From Flavobacteriales bacterium (lineage in GTDB: Bacteria; Bacteroidota; Bacteroidia; Flavobacteriales_D; Crocinitomicaceae): DNA of 64,000 nucleotides. Of the stretch, positions 17,321-25,459 are shown one piece after another. The stretch is taken from NCBI GenBank assembly GCA_947491305.1, contig CANLIL010000001.1, forward strand, positions 30,814 to 94,813. Direction: 5' to 3'. A model generated the notes under the pieces. It worked only from the letters and a program-made list of their open reading frames with translations, did not search any database and was not told the origin of the DNA. Positions within the stretch are counted from its first letter, which is position 1. Each line of letters opens with the position of its first letter. The translations under genes were made by a program, and so were the position numbers.

Positions 17321-18100
17321 TTATTTTGTGTAGTATTTTCTGTACGCCAAGAAACCTAGTGTAAGAACAGCAAGCCCAATACCAGTCCACAACATGTAGT
17401 TTGGTTTTTCTGAACCCTCGTTTGTGTCAGATCCAACTGTAGGTGTAACCATAGTTGAAGTTGATTCATCAACAGCATCAACAGCATCAGTAACCGGACT
17501 TTCTGGTAATGCACCAGCATTTAGATTTTTAGTTTCACCTTGTGTTTGACTAGCAATATAAGCGTCTTTAGCACCCTTACTTGCAAATTTCATACTAGCT
17601 AATTTTTTAAATAACCCAGTTGGTGCTTTTGGTAATTTAACATTACCTATTTCACCTAAACCCGGTTGTGCTTGTTGAGATAGATTTTGATTAACTGCTT
17701 GTGAGTCCGCTAAAGATTCTTGTTCTAATTGTTTTTTTCTAGCTTCTTCCCATAATCTTTTAGCTCTAGCTCCAGCATTTAATTTATTCGCTTTTTTAGC
17801 AGAAATCAAATCTTTTTTAAGCCTATCAACTTCGTTGTTTTTTCTCTTTTGGATTTCCAATAAAATTGTAGCCCTAGACTTTACTTTAGCCACTCCCGGT
17901 AAAGCACCAGAATTACGCAAATCTTGTTCGATTTGAGCCATTCTTGCTTCTTCCGCGTTAGTAAGTTCTTTTAGTCGCTTACCTGCTTTTATAGCAGCAA
18001 CACCTGCACCAATAAACCCATCAAACTCATTTTCGTCTGAACCACTGAACTCTAAAAAAGTATTTTCTCCTTCAAAGTTGTAAAATTTTTCGTTTTTCAT
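17321..18100 (-). CDS. tail-anchored membrane protein with N-terminal acidic-aromatic motif
   Basis: N-terminal 'FEGENTFLEFSGSDENEFDGFIG', a central helical K/R/E/A-rich region, and C-terminal TM 'WTGIGLAVLTLGFLAY'. Confidence 0.55.
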   Translation of the reverse strand: MKNEKFYNFEGENTFLEFSGSDENEFDGFIGAGVAAIKAGKRLKELTNAEEARMAQIEQDLRNSGALPGVAKVKSRATILLEIQKRKNNEVDRLKKDLISAKKANKLNAGARAKRLWEEARKKQLEQESLADSQAVNQNLSQQAQPGLGEIGNVKLPKAPTGLFKKLASMKFASKGAKDAYIASQTQGETKNLNAGALPESPVTDAVDAVDESTSTMVTPTVGSDTNEGSEKPNYMLWTGIGLAVLTLGFLAYRKYYTK

Positions 18101-18117
18101 TTTTGTATATGTTAAGT

Positions 18118-18657
18118 TTACTTTTTAGCAAATTTTTTGTAAGCAATAAAACCTATTGCTAGGACTGCAATTCCAACACCTCCCCAGATAGCATAAGGTT
18201 TCCAATTGAAAGCACCATCAACTGTATCTGTATCTGCTCCTTTAGTTGAAACACCACTAGTATCTTCTCCTCCACTAGTTGAACTAGTTGAAGTACTTCC
18301 TGTTGCTCCATCGCCTCCACCTGCACCAATTCCAGCTTTATCTCGAAATTCTTGCACTCTGTCTTTTACTTTTTCGATAGCATCCATGATACCGCCACCA
18401 CCAACTTTTTCTTTAGCTTGTTGACGCGCATCTTTACGAGAAACACCTTGAGCCATCAATTCTTTTTTAATTGCTCGTTTTTCTTTGGCTTTTTTACCAA
18501 TAAACTCATCAAATTCGCCCTCGTCTTCTGTACCAGAGAAACCAAGGTAATTTGATGTTTGTTCGTCAGTATCGTTGTCCCCATCGAAACCCACATAACC
18601 TGAACCTGCACTACCGCAACCACAAGCATTACTAAATTGTTCTTTTACTGAAATCAT
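18118..18657 (-). CDS. tail-anchored membrane protein with N-terminal acidic-aromatic motif (paralog of the 19490..20515 product)
   Basis: 'YVGFDGDNDTDEQTSNYLGFSGTEDEGEFDEFIGKKAKEKRAIKKELMAQGVSRKDARQQAKEKVGGGG', with C-terminal TM 'IWGGVGIAVLAIGFIAY'. Confidence 0.55.
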   Translation of the reverse strand: MISVKEQFSNACGCGSAGSGYVGFDGDNDTDEQTSNYLGFSGTEDEGEFDEFIGKKAKEKRAIKKELMAQGVSRKDARQQAKEKVGGGGIMDAIEKVKDRVQEFRDKAGIGAGGGDGATGSTSTSSTSGGEDTSGVSTKGADTDTVDGAFNWKPYAIWGGVGIAVLAIGFIAYKKFAKK

Positions 18658-18685
18658 TTTTTTTTAATTTAAACGTTACTACTAT

Positions 18686-18790
18686 TTATTCTTGACCTTT
18701 TTTCCATGCTCTTGACACTAGCCAAACTGTTCCAAATAATACAGCAATTCCTACTGCAATATTAATCAAATTAGTTTTATTATTTTCCAT
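18686..18790 (-). CDS. 34-aa single-pass membrane peptide (below the ORF-track cutoff)
   Basis: Hand translation gives MENNKTNLINIAVGIAVLFGTVWLVSRAWKKGQE, in the gap between two same-strand genes. Confidence 0.35.
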   Translation of the reverse strand: MENNKTNLINIAVGIAVLFGTVWLVSRAWKKGQE

Positions 18791-18819
18791 TTGTTTGATT
18801 TTTAACTAAATAAATGTTC

Positions 18820-19485
18820 TTATTTCGCTTTTAACATTAAGTAAGCAGCTCCAAGTATCACAGAACCAATGATTAAAGGTTTAAAAAATGCGTGTGAAGT
18901 TGGTGTACTTTTTGGTTTTGTATAAATAGGAATTTCTTGTTCTTTTGTTGCTTGTTCGTCGCTTGTTTCATCACCACCACCGCCACCACCGACAAATCGA
19001 GGGGTAGGGGATGTTGCGTTATTCAAAGCACCGCCAAGTAAACCGCTTCCAATCAAAATACCCTCAGTGAATGTAGGAGTAGAAGAAGAAGTTGTAGTTG
19101 TTCCTGTTGATGTTGGAGTCGGTGTTGGAGTCGGTGTTGGAGTCGGTGTTGTGCTTCCTGTTACCACACCATTTCCATATTTACCCTCTGTTTGGGAACT
19201 AATAGTTGAACCTGATGAAGGGCTTGCAACAATAACATTTCCAACAGGTAAAACAGGCGTGCTAATAATAGGCGTTGGATTTCCACCGGTAGTTACAATT
19301 CCTGTTGCCATTCCTGCATTTAAAGCTGAAGCAGGAGGGGTTGGAGGGGTTGGTGATGGAGGAACAATTATATTTAAACCATCTGTTTTAAGTTTACCGT
19401 CTACGCTAATAGCGTTATTGTACCTTTGTCTTTTGATGCTTATAAATTCATCAAACTCACCGTCAAAATCTAATTTCCTTCTCAT
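18820..19485 (-). CDS. tail-anchored membrane protein, Pro/Thr-rich, with N-terminal acidic-aromatic motif
   Basis: 'LDFDGEFDEFISIKRQR', the '(TP)n' linker 'TPTPTPTPTPTPTS', a 'GGGGGD' tract, and C-terminal TM 'LIIGSVILGAAYLML'. Confidence 0.55.
   Translation of the reverse strand: MRRKLDFDGEFDEFISIKRQRYNNAISVDGKLKTDGLNIIVPPSPTPPTPPASALNAGMATGIVTTGGNPTPIISTPVLPVGNVIVASPSSGSTISSQTEGKYGNGVVTGSTTPTPTPTPTPTPTSTGTTTTSSSTPTFTEGILIGSGLLGGALNNATSPTPRFVGGGGGGDETSDEQATKEQEIPIYTKPKSTPTSHAFFKPLIIGSVILGAAYLMLKAK
19111..19150. repeat. 12-nt tandem repeat (about 3.3 copies of tgttggagtcgg) encoding the (Thr-Pro)n linker
   Basis: Read directly from the sequence: tgttggagtcgg tgttggagtcgg tgttggagtcgg tgtt. 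Confidence 0.8.
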
Positions 19486-19489
19486 TTTG

Positions 19490-20515
19490 TTACTTTTTTC
19501 TTGTTATAAAATATGCACCTATACCTAGTAAAAGAGCAATAGGAACACCAATCATTAAAATTTTTCTAATGTTTCTTGTATCTGATTGCGATTCTGTTTT
19601 TTCAAACAATTCAATAGAAGCTTTCTTTTCTTCTGCTGTAAGGTCAGGATTATTCAAGATTGCTTTTTTAGGATCTCCCTCAGCTTGAAGTCTTTTTTCT
19701 GCCGCTTCAATTTGAGCTTTTTGATTAGCTGTTAATGTTGCTAATTCTTTGTCTGCCATTCTTTCGGCTGCTTCAATTTCTGCTTTTTTACCTTTGTTAA
19801 TTTGGGCGTTATTTATGGTTGATCCCATAACACCAACGGCAGTTCCAGCTAAGCCTATTAGTGCAACTGTAGTTGTCGGCTCAAAATTGTTGAAGTCGCT
19901 ATAAATAGTTCCTTCTTTACCCAAAAAACCTGTAAATGAACTTGTTTTTGCTTCTTCTGCAGCTTTCAATTTACAGTTTTTACCACAGAAAAAAGGTTTT
20001 TTGTTTTCAGCCTTTTCAGCAGCTTTTATAAGCTCATCATAATCACCACCTAAATTATTTTCCCATTTAGACTTTAATGCTTTTTTACCATCAGGCTGAC
20101 CTTTATCAATAGCCATTATTTTAGTGGCAAATCCCTTAAAGTTTAATAATAACAAAGATAAAAACGCACCGCGTACAGGGGCAAAAGCAACCTTAAGAAT
20201 GCCTTTACCTATTTTACCACGACCAACTTGTTCCAAGGCTTGTTTACGTGCTTCTTTGTTAGATAAACCAGTTTTTTTGAGTTCTTTTTTTACTTTTCTT
20301 CGCTCCTTGGCTTTTTTACCAACAAACTCACTGAACTCATTATCTGAATCAATATCAAAAACAGAAGCTATTTTAATTTCAGGTTCTATGTTTTCTTCTT
20401 CTTCTTCTTCATCTATTTCGTCAGATACATTTCCAAAGAAAATAGCACTATTCTCAAAACCTAAATCTCTATTTAGATCGAGTAATTCTTTTTCGTTTTC
20501 AAATTCTTGTTCCAT
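19490..20515 (-). CDS. tail-anchored membrane protein with acidic-aromatic motif
   Basis: 'FDIDSDNEFSEFVGKKAKERRKVKKELKKTGLSNKEARKQALEQVGRGK' parallels the 18118..18657 product. C-terminal TM 'ILMIGVPIALLLGIGAYFI'. Confidence 0.55.
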   Translation of the reverse strand: MEQEFENEKELLDLNRDLGFENSAIFFGNVSDEIDEEEEEENIEPEIKIASVFDIDSDNEFSEFVGKKAKERRKVKKELKKTGLSNKEARKQALEQVGRGKIGKGILKVAFAPVRGAFLSLLLLNFKGFATKIMAIDKGQPDGKKALKSKWENNLGGDYDELIKAAEKAENKKPFFCGKNCKLKAAEEAKTSSFTGFLGKEGTIYSDFNNFEPTTTVALIGLAGTAVGVMGSTINNAQINKGKKAEIEAAERMADKELATLTANQKAQIEAAEKRLQAEGDPKKAILNNPDLTAEEKKASIELFEKTESQSDTRNIRKILMIGVPIALLLGIGAYFITRKK

Positions 20516-20530
20516 TTTTTTTTTTTAGGT

Positions 20531-21028
20531 TTATTTACTCGCTTTTTGTCCTTTAATAAATTCTGCCTCATAAGAAGCTTTACTTGGGGATTTTTTCAAT
20601 GCTTCTGGTAATTGTTTATTATAAAAACCTGCTGCATAAGCCCACTTCAATCGTGCATTATTTCTTGTTATTGAATTTGCACTAGGATAAGAAGCAAAAA
20701 TCAAACGAGCTGCTGCATCCGAATCTCGACCGAATTTACCATCGGCATCAATAGGAAATTTAACATTAACTCCATTTGGCGCTTTTTTTCTCAACCCACT
20801 CCATCCTCTCCATTGAGCGATTTCATTAATAATTACTTGAACAGCTGTTGCCCCTTCGCCTTCGCTACCTTTTTCTACCTTTTCAGAAAGAATATCTCCG
20901 GGTTTGCTTTCGTCGTTTTCTTTTGGCTTGCTTGTTTTCTTGTAATCCTTGAACATAATAAACCCAATACCTCCTGCTAAGGCTACAAATCCTGAAATGA
21001 TTAAAGCTATTTTTTGTCCTGTTGTCAT
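20531..21028 (-). CDS. N-terminally anchored protein with peptidoglycan-binding-like C-terminal domain (paralog A)
   Basis: TM 'IALIISGFVALAGGIGFIMF'. 'GEGATAVQVIINEIAQWRGWSG..KFPIDADGKFGRDSDAAARLIF' fits the PG_binding-like pattern (G..V..(L/I)Q..LN..DG.FG..(S/T)..A). It is a clear paralog of the 21057..21632 product. Confidence 0.5.
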   Translation of the reverse strand: MTTGQKIALIISGFVALAGGIGFIMFKDYKKTSKPKENDESKPGDILSEKVEKGSEGEGATAVQVIINEIAQWRGWSGLRKKAPNGVNVKFPIDADGKFGRDSDAAARLIFASYPSANSITRNNARLKWAYAAGFYNKQLPEALKKSPSKASYEAEFIKGQKASK

Positions 21029-21056
21029 TTGATAAGTTTATTATTGTTCTTACTTG

Positions 21057-21632
21057 TTATTTACTCGCTTTACCCCCTCTAATGAACTCGTTTGTGTAAT
21101 CTGCTCTACGAGAAACATTTTTCAATCCATCAGGGAAAGGTTTTTTATAAAATCCTGCTGCATACGCCCACTTCATACGAGCTTTATGTCTTGTTATGTT
21201 TAAATCTGCTTGATAATTGTCAAAAATCAAACGAGCGGCAGTATCAGAGTTTGTTCCAAAATCACCATCAGTACTAATAGGGAATTTAACAGATTTGCCG
21301 TTTGCCGCTTTTTTGTTTTGACCACTCCATCCTCTCCATCTTGCAATTTCATTGATTATTACTTGTACACCTTTGGCTGCATCACCTTTACTACCTTTCT
21401 TTACAACCTCGTCTGCTATGTCAGAACTTGAAGGTTTTGTAGTTTCTGTTTCTGTTTCTGTTTGAGAATTACTAGATGAATTATTTGAAACTTGTGATAC
21501 CACAGGCAACAAATCCTCTTCAATAATTTCTTCATCTTTTTTGGCACGGTTTCTAAAAACCAAGAATCCAACACCACCAACTAAAGTTACTACTCCAGCA
21601 ACTATTAAAGCTATTTTTTGTCCTTTTGTCAT
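21057..21632 (-). CDS. N-terminally anchored protein with peptidoglycan-binding-like C-terminal domain (paralog B)
   Basis: TM 'IALIVAGVVTLVGGVGFLVF', 'TETETET' linker, 'KGDAAKGVQVIINEIARWRGWSG..KFPISTDGDFGTNSDTAARLIF', and the shared 'ARMKWAYAAGFY'. Confidence 0.5.
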   Translation of the reverse strand: MTKGQKIALIVAGVVTLVGGVGFLVFRNRAKKDEEIIEEDLLPVVSQVSNNSSSNSQTETETETTKPSSSDIADEVVKKGSKGDAAKGVQVIINEIARWRGWSGQNKKAANGKSVKFPISTDGDFGTNSDTAARLIFDNYQADLNITRHKARMKWAYAAGFYKKPFPDGLKNVSRRADYTNEFIRGGKASK

Positions 21633-21648
21633 TTTACTTTTTTTTAGG

Positions 21649-21891
21649 TTATTTTTTAACTCCTGCTAATTCTGTTGGTCTTGTTGAGCTACTAGAAGCT
21701 AAATTCATCCCTGCCTCCACTGCTGTAACAGTTCCAAGTGTTTCAGGAATATAATTCTCAATTTCTTCCTCTAATCTTTTTTCAGCGGCCTTAGCTTTCT
21801 TTTTGTTTCTGTAATAAACAAATGCTCCGAATCCTGCTCCTACTAATACTAATCCGCCTAGCAGTAAAGCTATTTTTGTTCCTGTTTTCAT
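21649..21891 (-). CDS. small N-terminally anchored membrane protein
   Basis: 'MKTGTKIALLLGGLVLVGAGFGAFVYY' is the same anchor type as the two preceding genes. Confidence 0.5.
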   Translation of the reverse strand: MKTGTKIALLLGGLVLVGAGFGAFVYYRNKKKAKAAEKRLEEEIENYIPETLGTVTAVEAGMNLASSSSTRPTELAGVKK

Positions 21892-22157
21892 TTTGTTGGG
21901 TTTAAAATTTCTTTTTGTTTAATTAACTCGTCAATTTCCTTTTGTTTAGGTAGGAAATAAAAATACCTTGGGAGAATCCCTACAGCAATACTACCAGCTA
22001 CTAAATAGCCAACACCTCTTAAAAAACCTCCACCTGTACTTCTTGAATAAAGAACGCCAAGCACTGAACCTAGTACATACACTGCTGAATCTTGTGCAGA
22101 TAGAACTTTCTTCTTTGCTTTTAATTGTTCTACTGATAAATTAGATAAATTCTCCAT
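21888..22157 (-). CDS. small two-TM membrane protein
   Basis: Hydrophobic segments 'AVYVLGSVLGVLY' and 'GVGYLVAGSIAVGIL'. ATGA overlap with the downstream gene. Confidence 0.5.
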   Translation of the reverse strand: MENLSNLSVEQLKAKKKVLSAQDSAVYVLGSVLGVLYSRSTGGGFLRGVGYLVAGSIAVGILPRYFYFLPKQKEIDELIKQKEILNPTK

Positions 22158-22159
22158 TT

Positions 22160-22612
22160 TTAAATTTTAGTAATTATAAATTCAACACGTCTGTTTGTTG
22201 CTCTTCCTTCTTCTGTTGAATTATCTGCTATCGGCTCGGTCATTCCTTTACCTAGTGCCGTAATTCTTTCAGGAGCAACATTTTTAGAAATCAAATACTT
22301 CATAACCTCATTGGCTCTCCCTTCGCTTAGTTTTTGATTTGCACTCGCAGAACCTTTATTATCAGTGTGACCAATAATTTGAATCGAATATTGAGGATTA
22401 TCTGTAAGCGCCACCGCTAATTCATCAAGGAAAGGAAAAGAAACAGGTTTAATGTCTGCTTTACCAAACTCAAACAATAAATTATCGTAAGCGTCCTTAA
22501 TAGTTTCGGTAATAGTTTTCTTTTTAAAAAACTTATAATATAGTAATATAGCTCCTGTAATGGTTACAAGGCTAATACCTGCTACTATTGCTATTTTGGT
22601 TGTTTTATTCAT
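22160..22612 (-). CDS. N-terminally anchored OmpA-C-like peptidoglycan-binding protein
   Basis: TM 'IAIVAGISLVTITGAILLY'. 'IQIIGHTDNKGSASANQKLSEGRANEVMKYLISKNVAPERITALGKGMTEPIADNSTEEGRATNRRVEFII' is a textbook OmpA/MotB C-terminal domain pattern. Confidence 0.8.
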   Translation of the reverse strand: MNKTTKIAIVAGISLVTITGAILLYYKFFKKKTITETIKDAYDNLLFEFGKADIKPVSFPFLDELAVALTDNPQYSIQIIGHTDNKGSASANQKLSEGRANEVMKYLISKNVAPERITALGKGMTEPIADNSTEEGRATNRRVEFIITKI

Positions 22613-23061
22613 TATCTTAAACCTAAATTTTTCATTCTTTTTATTACATTCTTATAACACCAATCAAAATTACACTGCGACTTTTTAGCGTCCTCGTGTT
22701 CAAGTTCTTGAATAAGCGTTCTTCCTTCTTCTTTATAGCCTTTTGTGTTATAATAATTATTCAACTTAATAAGCTTATCATCACTTAAAAGCATAAATAA
22801 ATCACGAACCTCTGGATAAGCGTCGTCAAAAACCCCCCAACCTTGAATCATTGTTCTTAAATAATCGGCATCAGCCTTTGGGTTGTATTTTGCAGCATCA
22901 TCCTCTGTTCCTGAATTTGGTGAAGTAGTAGTCCCACTTTCTTCAAAACCTCTATTCAAAACTTTTTTCTTTGCTGCCGAACGTACAAATAAATAGACAA
23001 CTACTCCTGCTACAATAACAGAAGAACCAATAATCAAAGTATTTCTAATTGCTTTTTCCAT
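22612..23061 (-). CDS. N-terminally anchored protein, possible annexin-like repeat
   Basis: TM 'LIIGSSVIVAGVVVYLFV'. 'GWGVFDDAYPEVRDLFMLLSDDKLIKLNNYYNTKGYKEEGRTLIQELEHE' loosely fits an annexin-type repeat (tentative). Confidence 0.3.
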   Translation of the reverse strand: MEKAIRNTLIIGSSVIVAGVVVYLFVRSAAKKKVLNRGFEESGTTTSPNSGTEDDAAKYNPKADADYLRTMIQGWGVFDDAYPEVRDLFMLLSDDKLIKLNNYYNTKGYKEEGRTLIQELEHEDAKKSQCNFDWCYKNVIKRMKNLGLR

Positions 23062-23063
23062 GA

Positions 23064-23531
23064 TTAAAAGTTTTTCATTTTATCCAATGCTTCGTTTAAA
23101 TCAGACCAGTTATCATTTTCCAAAAAGCTTTCTAAATAAGATTGTAAATCTCTTTGGTACAATTGATAAAATCTGAAAGCAACATAACTAACATTTATTT
23201 TAGTTCCTGCTGATTTTATAGCCCCAACGGCTTCTTCTTCGTCGTCGTTATAAAAACTCTTTGCGTTATAAATATTATATGCCAACTGGTTAGCCTTTGT
23301 TTGACTAATAGTAACCTTTGATTTATTTTCTGAATAAGGCAAAGAAGATAAATATTGTTCTCTTCTAAATTCGTCAATGGCTCTGTCTGCTTCACGATCT
23401 TCTTTAGAATCTGTTAAGCCTACTGCATTGAATATCGGCTTAATAATACCAAAGTAAGCCAATGTAAGCGCAGCAACTCCCACAACACCAATTGCTATCC
23501 ATTTAACTGTTTCACTATTATCGTTTGGCAT
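23064..23531 (-). CDS. N-terminally anchored protein, possible annexin-like repeat
   Basis: TM 'WIAIGVVGVAALTLAYFGII'. 'NDDEEEAVGAIKSAGTKINVSYVAFRFYQLYQRDLQSYLESFL' fits DE..(L/I)(I/V).(I/L)...(S/T)......(I/V)...(F/Y)...Y...L...L (tentative). Confidence 0.3.
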   Translation of the reverse strand: MPNDNSETVKWIAIGVVGVAALTLAYFGIIKPIFNAVGLTDSKEDREADRAIDEFRREQYLSSLPYSENKSKVTISQTKANQLAYNIYNAKSFYNDDEEEAVGAIKSAGTKINVSYVAFRFYQLYQRDLQSYLESFLENDNWSDLNEALDKMKNF

Positions 23532-24297
23532 AGTCGTAGTTTTTAATAAATTTATCTAAGGTTTTGAACCTATTTAGCGTTTCAGGATTAGTTGATGCAC
23601 TTTGAAAAACATTCAGAAAAACGTTGTAAGCGTCGATTCTTGGATAGCCCAAAGCGAGGTATATTCTGAGACCGTTTATGTCTGCCTGAATTTCTGACTC
23701 AGGATTTTTATTTACGTAAAAATGACAAAACTCATGACACAAAATAGCCATTCGCATAGGAATACTCATATCCTTAAAATGGAATTTAGAAACCTCAATC
23801 CTTCCATTATCCTTACTTATTCTAGCAGGTGTAGGAAGCGGATTACCTATTTCATTTCGAATAACATCAAAATAATCAATTCTAAATTGCAGGTCGTCAC
23901 TTTTATATATGTCGCCTTTTTTTGAACAAGATAAAACGCCTGCACGCTCACAAAATTCTTGAGCAAATTTTATAAAACTTTCTGTTTTATCATTGAACCT
24001 AATTTTTTCACGATGTAGTGGTAAAACTTGTGTTTCTAATACTTTAAAAGTAGAGCCATCCTCTCCTTTTCCTTGCATATTATCATTGTTATAAACCAAC
24101 AAAAACCCTAACTCTGGTGCTTGTGGCATTCTAATGTAGAAATCTTGTCTCCCATCAATATTAGTGTATCTCTTAGTGTAAAATGTATGATTTTGATCAG
24201 CATCAGTAAATTTAATCCATAGCTTTTCTGGTTGATTGGTTTCAATCACAACTTTAAGCGTACACGGCTTTCCTCCTAATCGTTTTTCAATCAACAT
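23518..24297 (-). CDS. HExxH zinc metallopeptidase-like protein
   Basis: 'MAILCHEFCHFYVN' (HExxH). No TM segment. It is embedded in the membrane-protein cluster. Confidence 0.5.
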   Translation of the reverse strand: MLIEKRLGGKPCTLKVVIETNQPEKLWIKFTDADQNHTFYTKRYTNIDGRQDFYIRMPQAPELGFLLVYNNDNMQGKGEDGSTFKVLETQVLPLHREKIRFNDKTESFIKFAQEFCERAGVLSCSKKGDIYKSDDLQFRIDYFDVIRNEIGNPLPTPARISKDNGRIEVSKFHFKDMSIPMRMAILCHEFCHFYVNKNPESEIQADINGLRIYLALGYPRIDAYNVFLNVFQSASTNPETLNRFKTLDKFIKNYDYAKR

Positions 24298-24307
24298 ATC
24301 TTTAATT

Positions 24308-24580
24308 TTATTCAGAAACTTCTTCCGGGCTACTGTTTTTAGTAACCAAGTAAATTCCGTAAATTAATATTCCTACTGCAATCACTCCTAAAAAGTTATT
24401 TGTAACAACTTTACTTTTTAAAGATGAAACTTTTTCTTTTAAAATAATTTCTTCTCCAGAAGCATTAAACAATACCTCGTTCTCACCATTTAAAAAGTTA
24501 CCTTTCAATTGTTCTTCATTAAGCCAATCCCTGAAAGATAGCTTAGTACTTGATTGTTTAAAAGCTTGATTAGCTGTCAT
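24308..24580 (-). CDS. small tail-anchored membrane protein
   Basis: C-terminal TM 'FLGVIAVGILIYGIYLV'. Confidence 0.5.
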   Translation of the reverse strand: MTANQAFKQSSTKLSFRDWLNEEQLKGNFLNGENEVLFNASGEEIILKEKVSSLKSKVVTNNFLGVIAVGILIYGIYLVTKNSSPEEVSE

Positions 24581-24585
24581 TTTAA

Positions 24586-24795
24586 TTATTTAAGGTGGGT
24601 AAATAGTAATTTTCCTGCAACAAGTCCGATAAGTCCAGCGATATAAATATTTTGTCTCGATGCAATTCCAATCAATACGCCTACAGCACCACCGATTAAA
24701 GCCCCTTGAATGTCTTGTTCTGCTCTTTTTTTAAGATTTTCTGCAAAACTATAGTGATTCAAGTCTCGAATAAACTGAACATTTTTATCTACCAT
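24586..24795 (-). CDS. small membrane protein (ORF trimmed to internal Met)
   Basis: MVDKNVQFIRDL.. starts 1 nt after the upstream gene's stop. Gly-zipper-like hydrophobic segments 'ALIGGAVGVLIGIA' and 'IAGLIGLVAGKLLF'. Confidence 0.45.
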   Translation of the reverse strand: MVDKNVQFIRDLNHYSFAENLKKRAEQDIQGALIGGAVGVLIGIASRQNIYIAGLIGLVAGKLLFTHLK

Positions 24796-24796
24796 T

Positions 24797-25453
24797 TTAC
24801 TTATTTCTTTTTGCGTAAAAATAAATTCCAGCACCAAGAATACCCACAACAGCAACACCAATTAAGATGTTACGTGTATAGGTACGTCTTCTAGCCTCTT
24901 CTTCTCTTCTTCTAGCCTCTTCCTCTTGTCGTTGCATTTCTTGTTGAAAACCAATCGTGCTTTGATTGAGTATTTGACTAGAAGCATTTCTATTTCCAAT
25001 ACCACTCAGTAAGTTACCAGCAATTCCAAGGATGTCTTCTTTATTATTTCTAAAGAAATCACCTGCCTTAGAACTTGTTGTACCATCAGGATTTTTTGTC
25101 TTACCAAATAAACGTTTTAAGAAACCAATCTTTTCGCCTGAGTCTGCTGATTTTTTCTTTTTATTAAAGAAATTTTGATAAGTTTCTTTGTTTGCAAAAA
25201 TCAAAATACTAAGGTTCTTTAGCAACTCTTTTGATTTCTCGGTGTTTTTACGTAAAACCTGAACAATAGCGTTAGATAACAACTCATTGTCTGCGTCTGT
25301 GGGAAAAGGAATATTACTTTGGCGAAACGCCTCAATAACAGCCTCTTTATCTTCACGGATTAAACTTCCAAGAGCTACGATAACATCATTGCTTTTGCCT
25401 GCGGTATTAGCTGTATTAAAGTTGCTCCAAATATCTGCTTTTTGGTATATCAT
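24797..25453 (-). CDS. tail-anchored membrane protein
   Basis: 'EEEARRREEEARRR' (encoded by a 20-nt tandem duplication at about 24888-24927), then C-terminal TM 'ILIGVAVVGILGAGIYFY'. Confidence 0.5.
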   Translation of the reverse strand: MIYQKADIWSNFNTANTAGKSNDVIVALGSLIREDKEAVIEAFRQSNIPFPTDADNELLSNAIVQVLRKNTEKSKELLKNLSILIFANKETYQNFFNKKKKSADSGEKIGFLKRLFGKTKNPDGTTSSKAGDFFRNNKEDILGIAGNLLSGIGNRNASSQILNQSTIGFQQEMQRQEEEARRREEEARRRTYTRNILIGVAVVGILGAGIYFYAKRNK

Positions 25454-25459
25454 GGCTTA

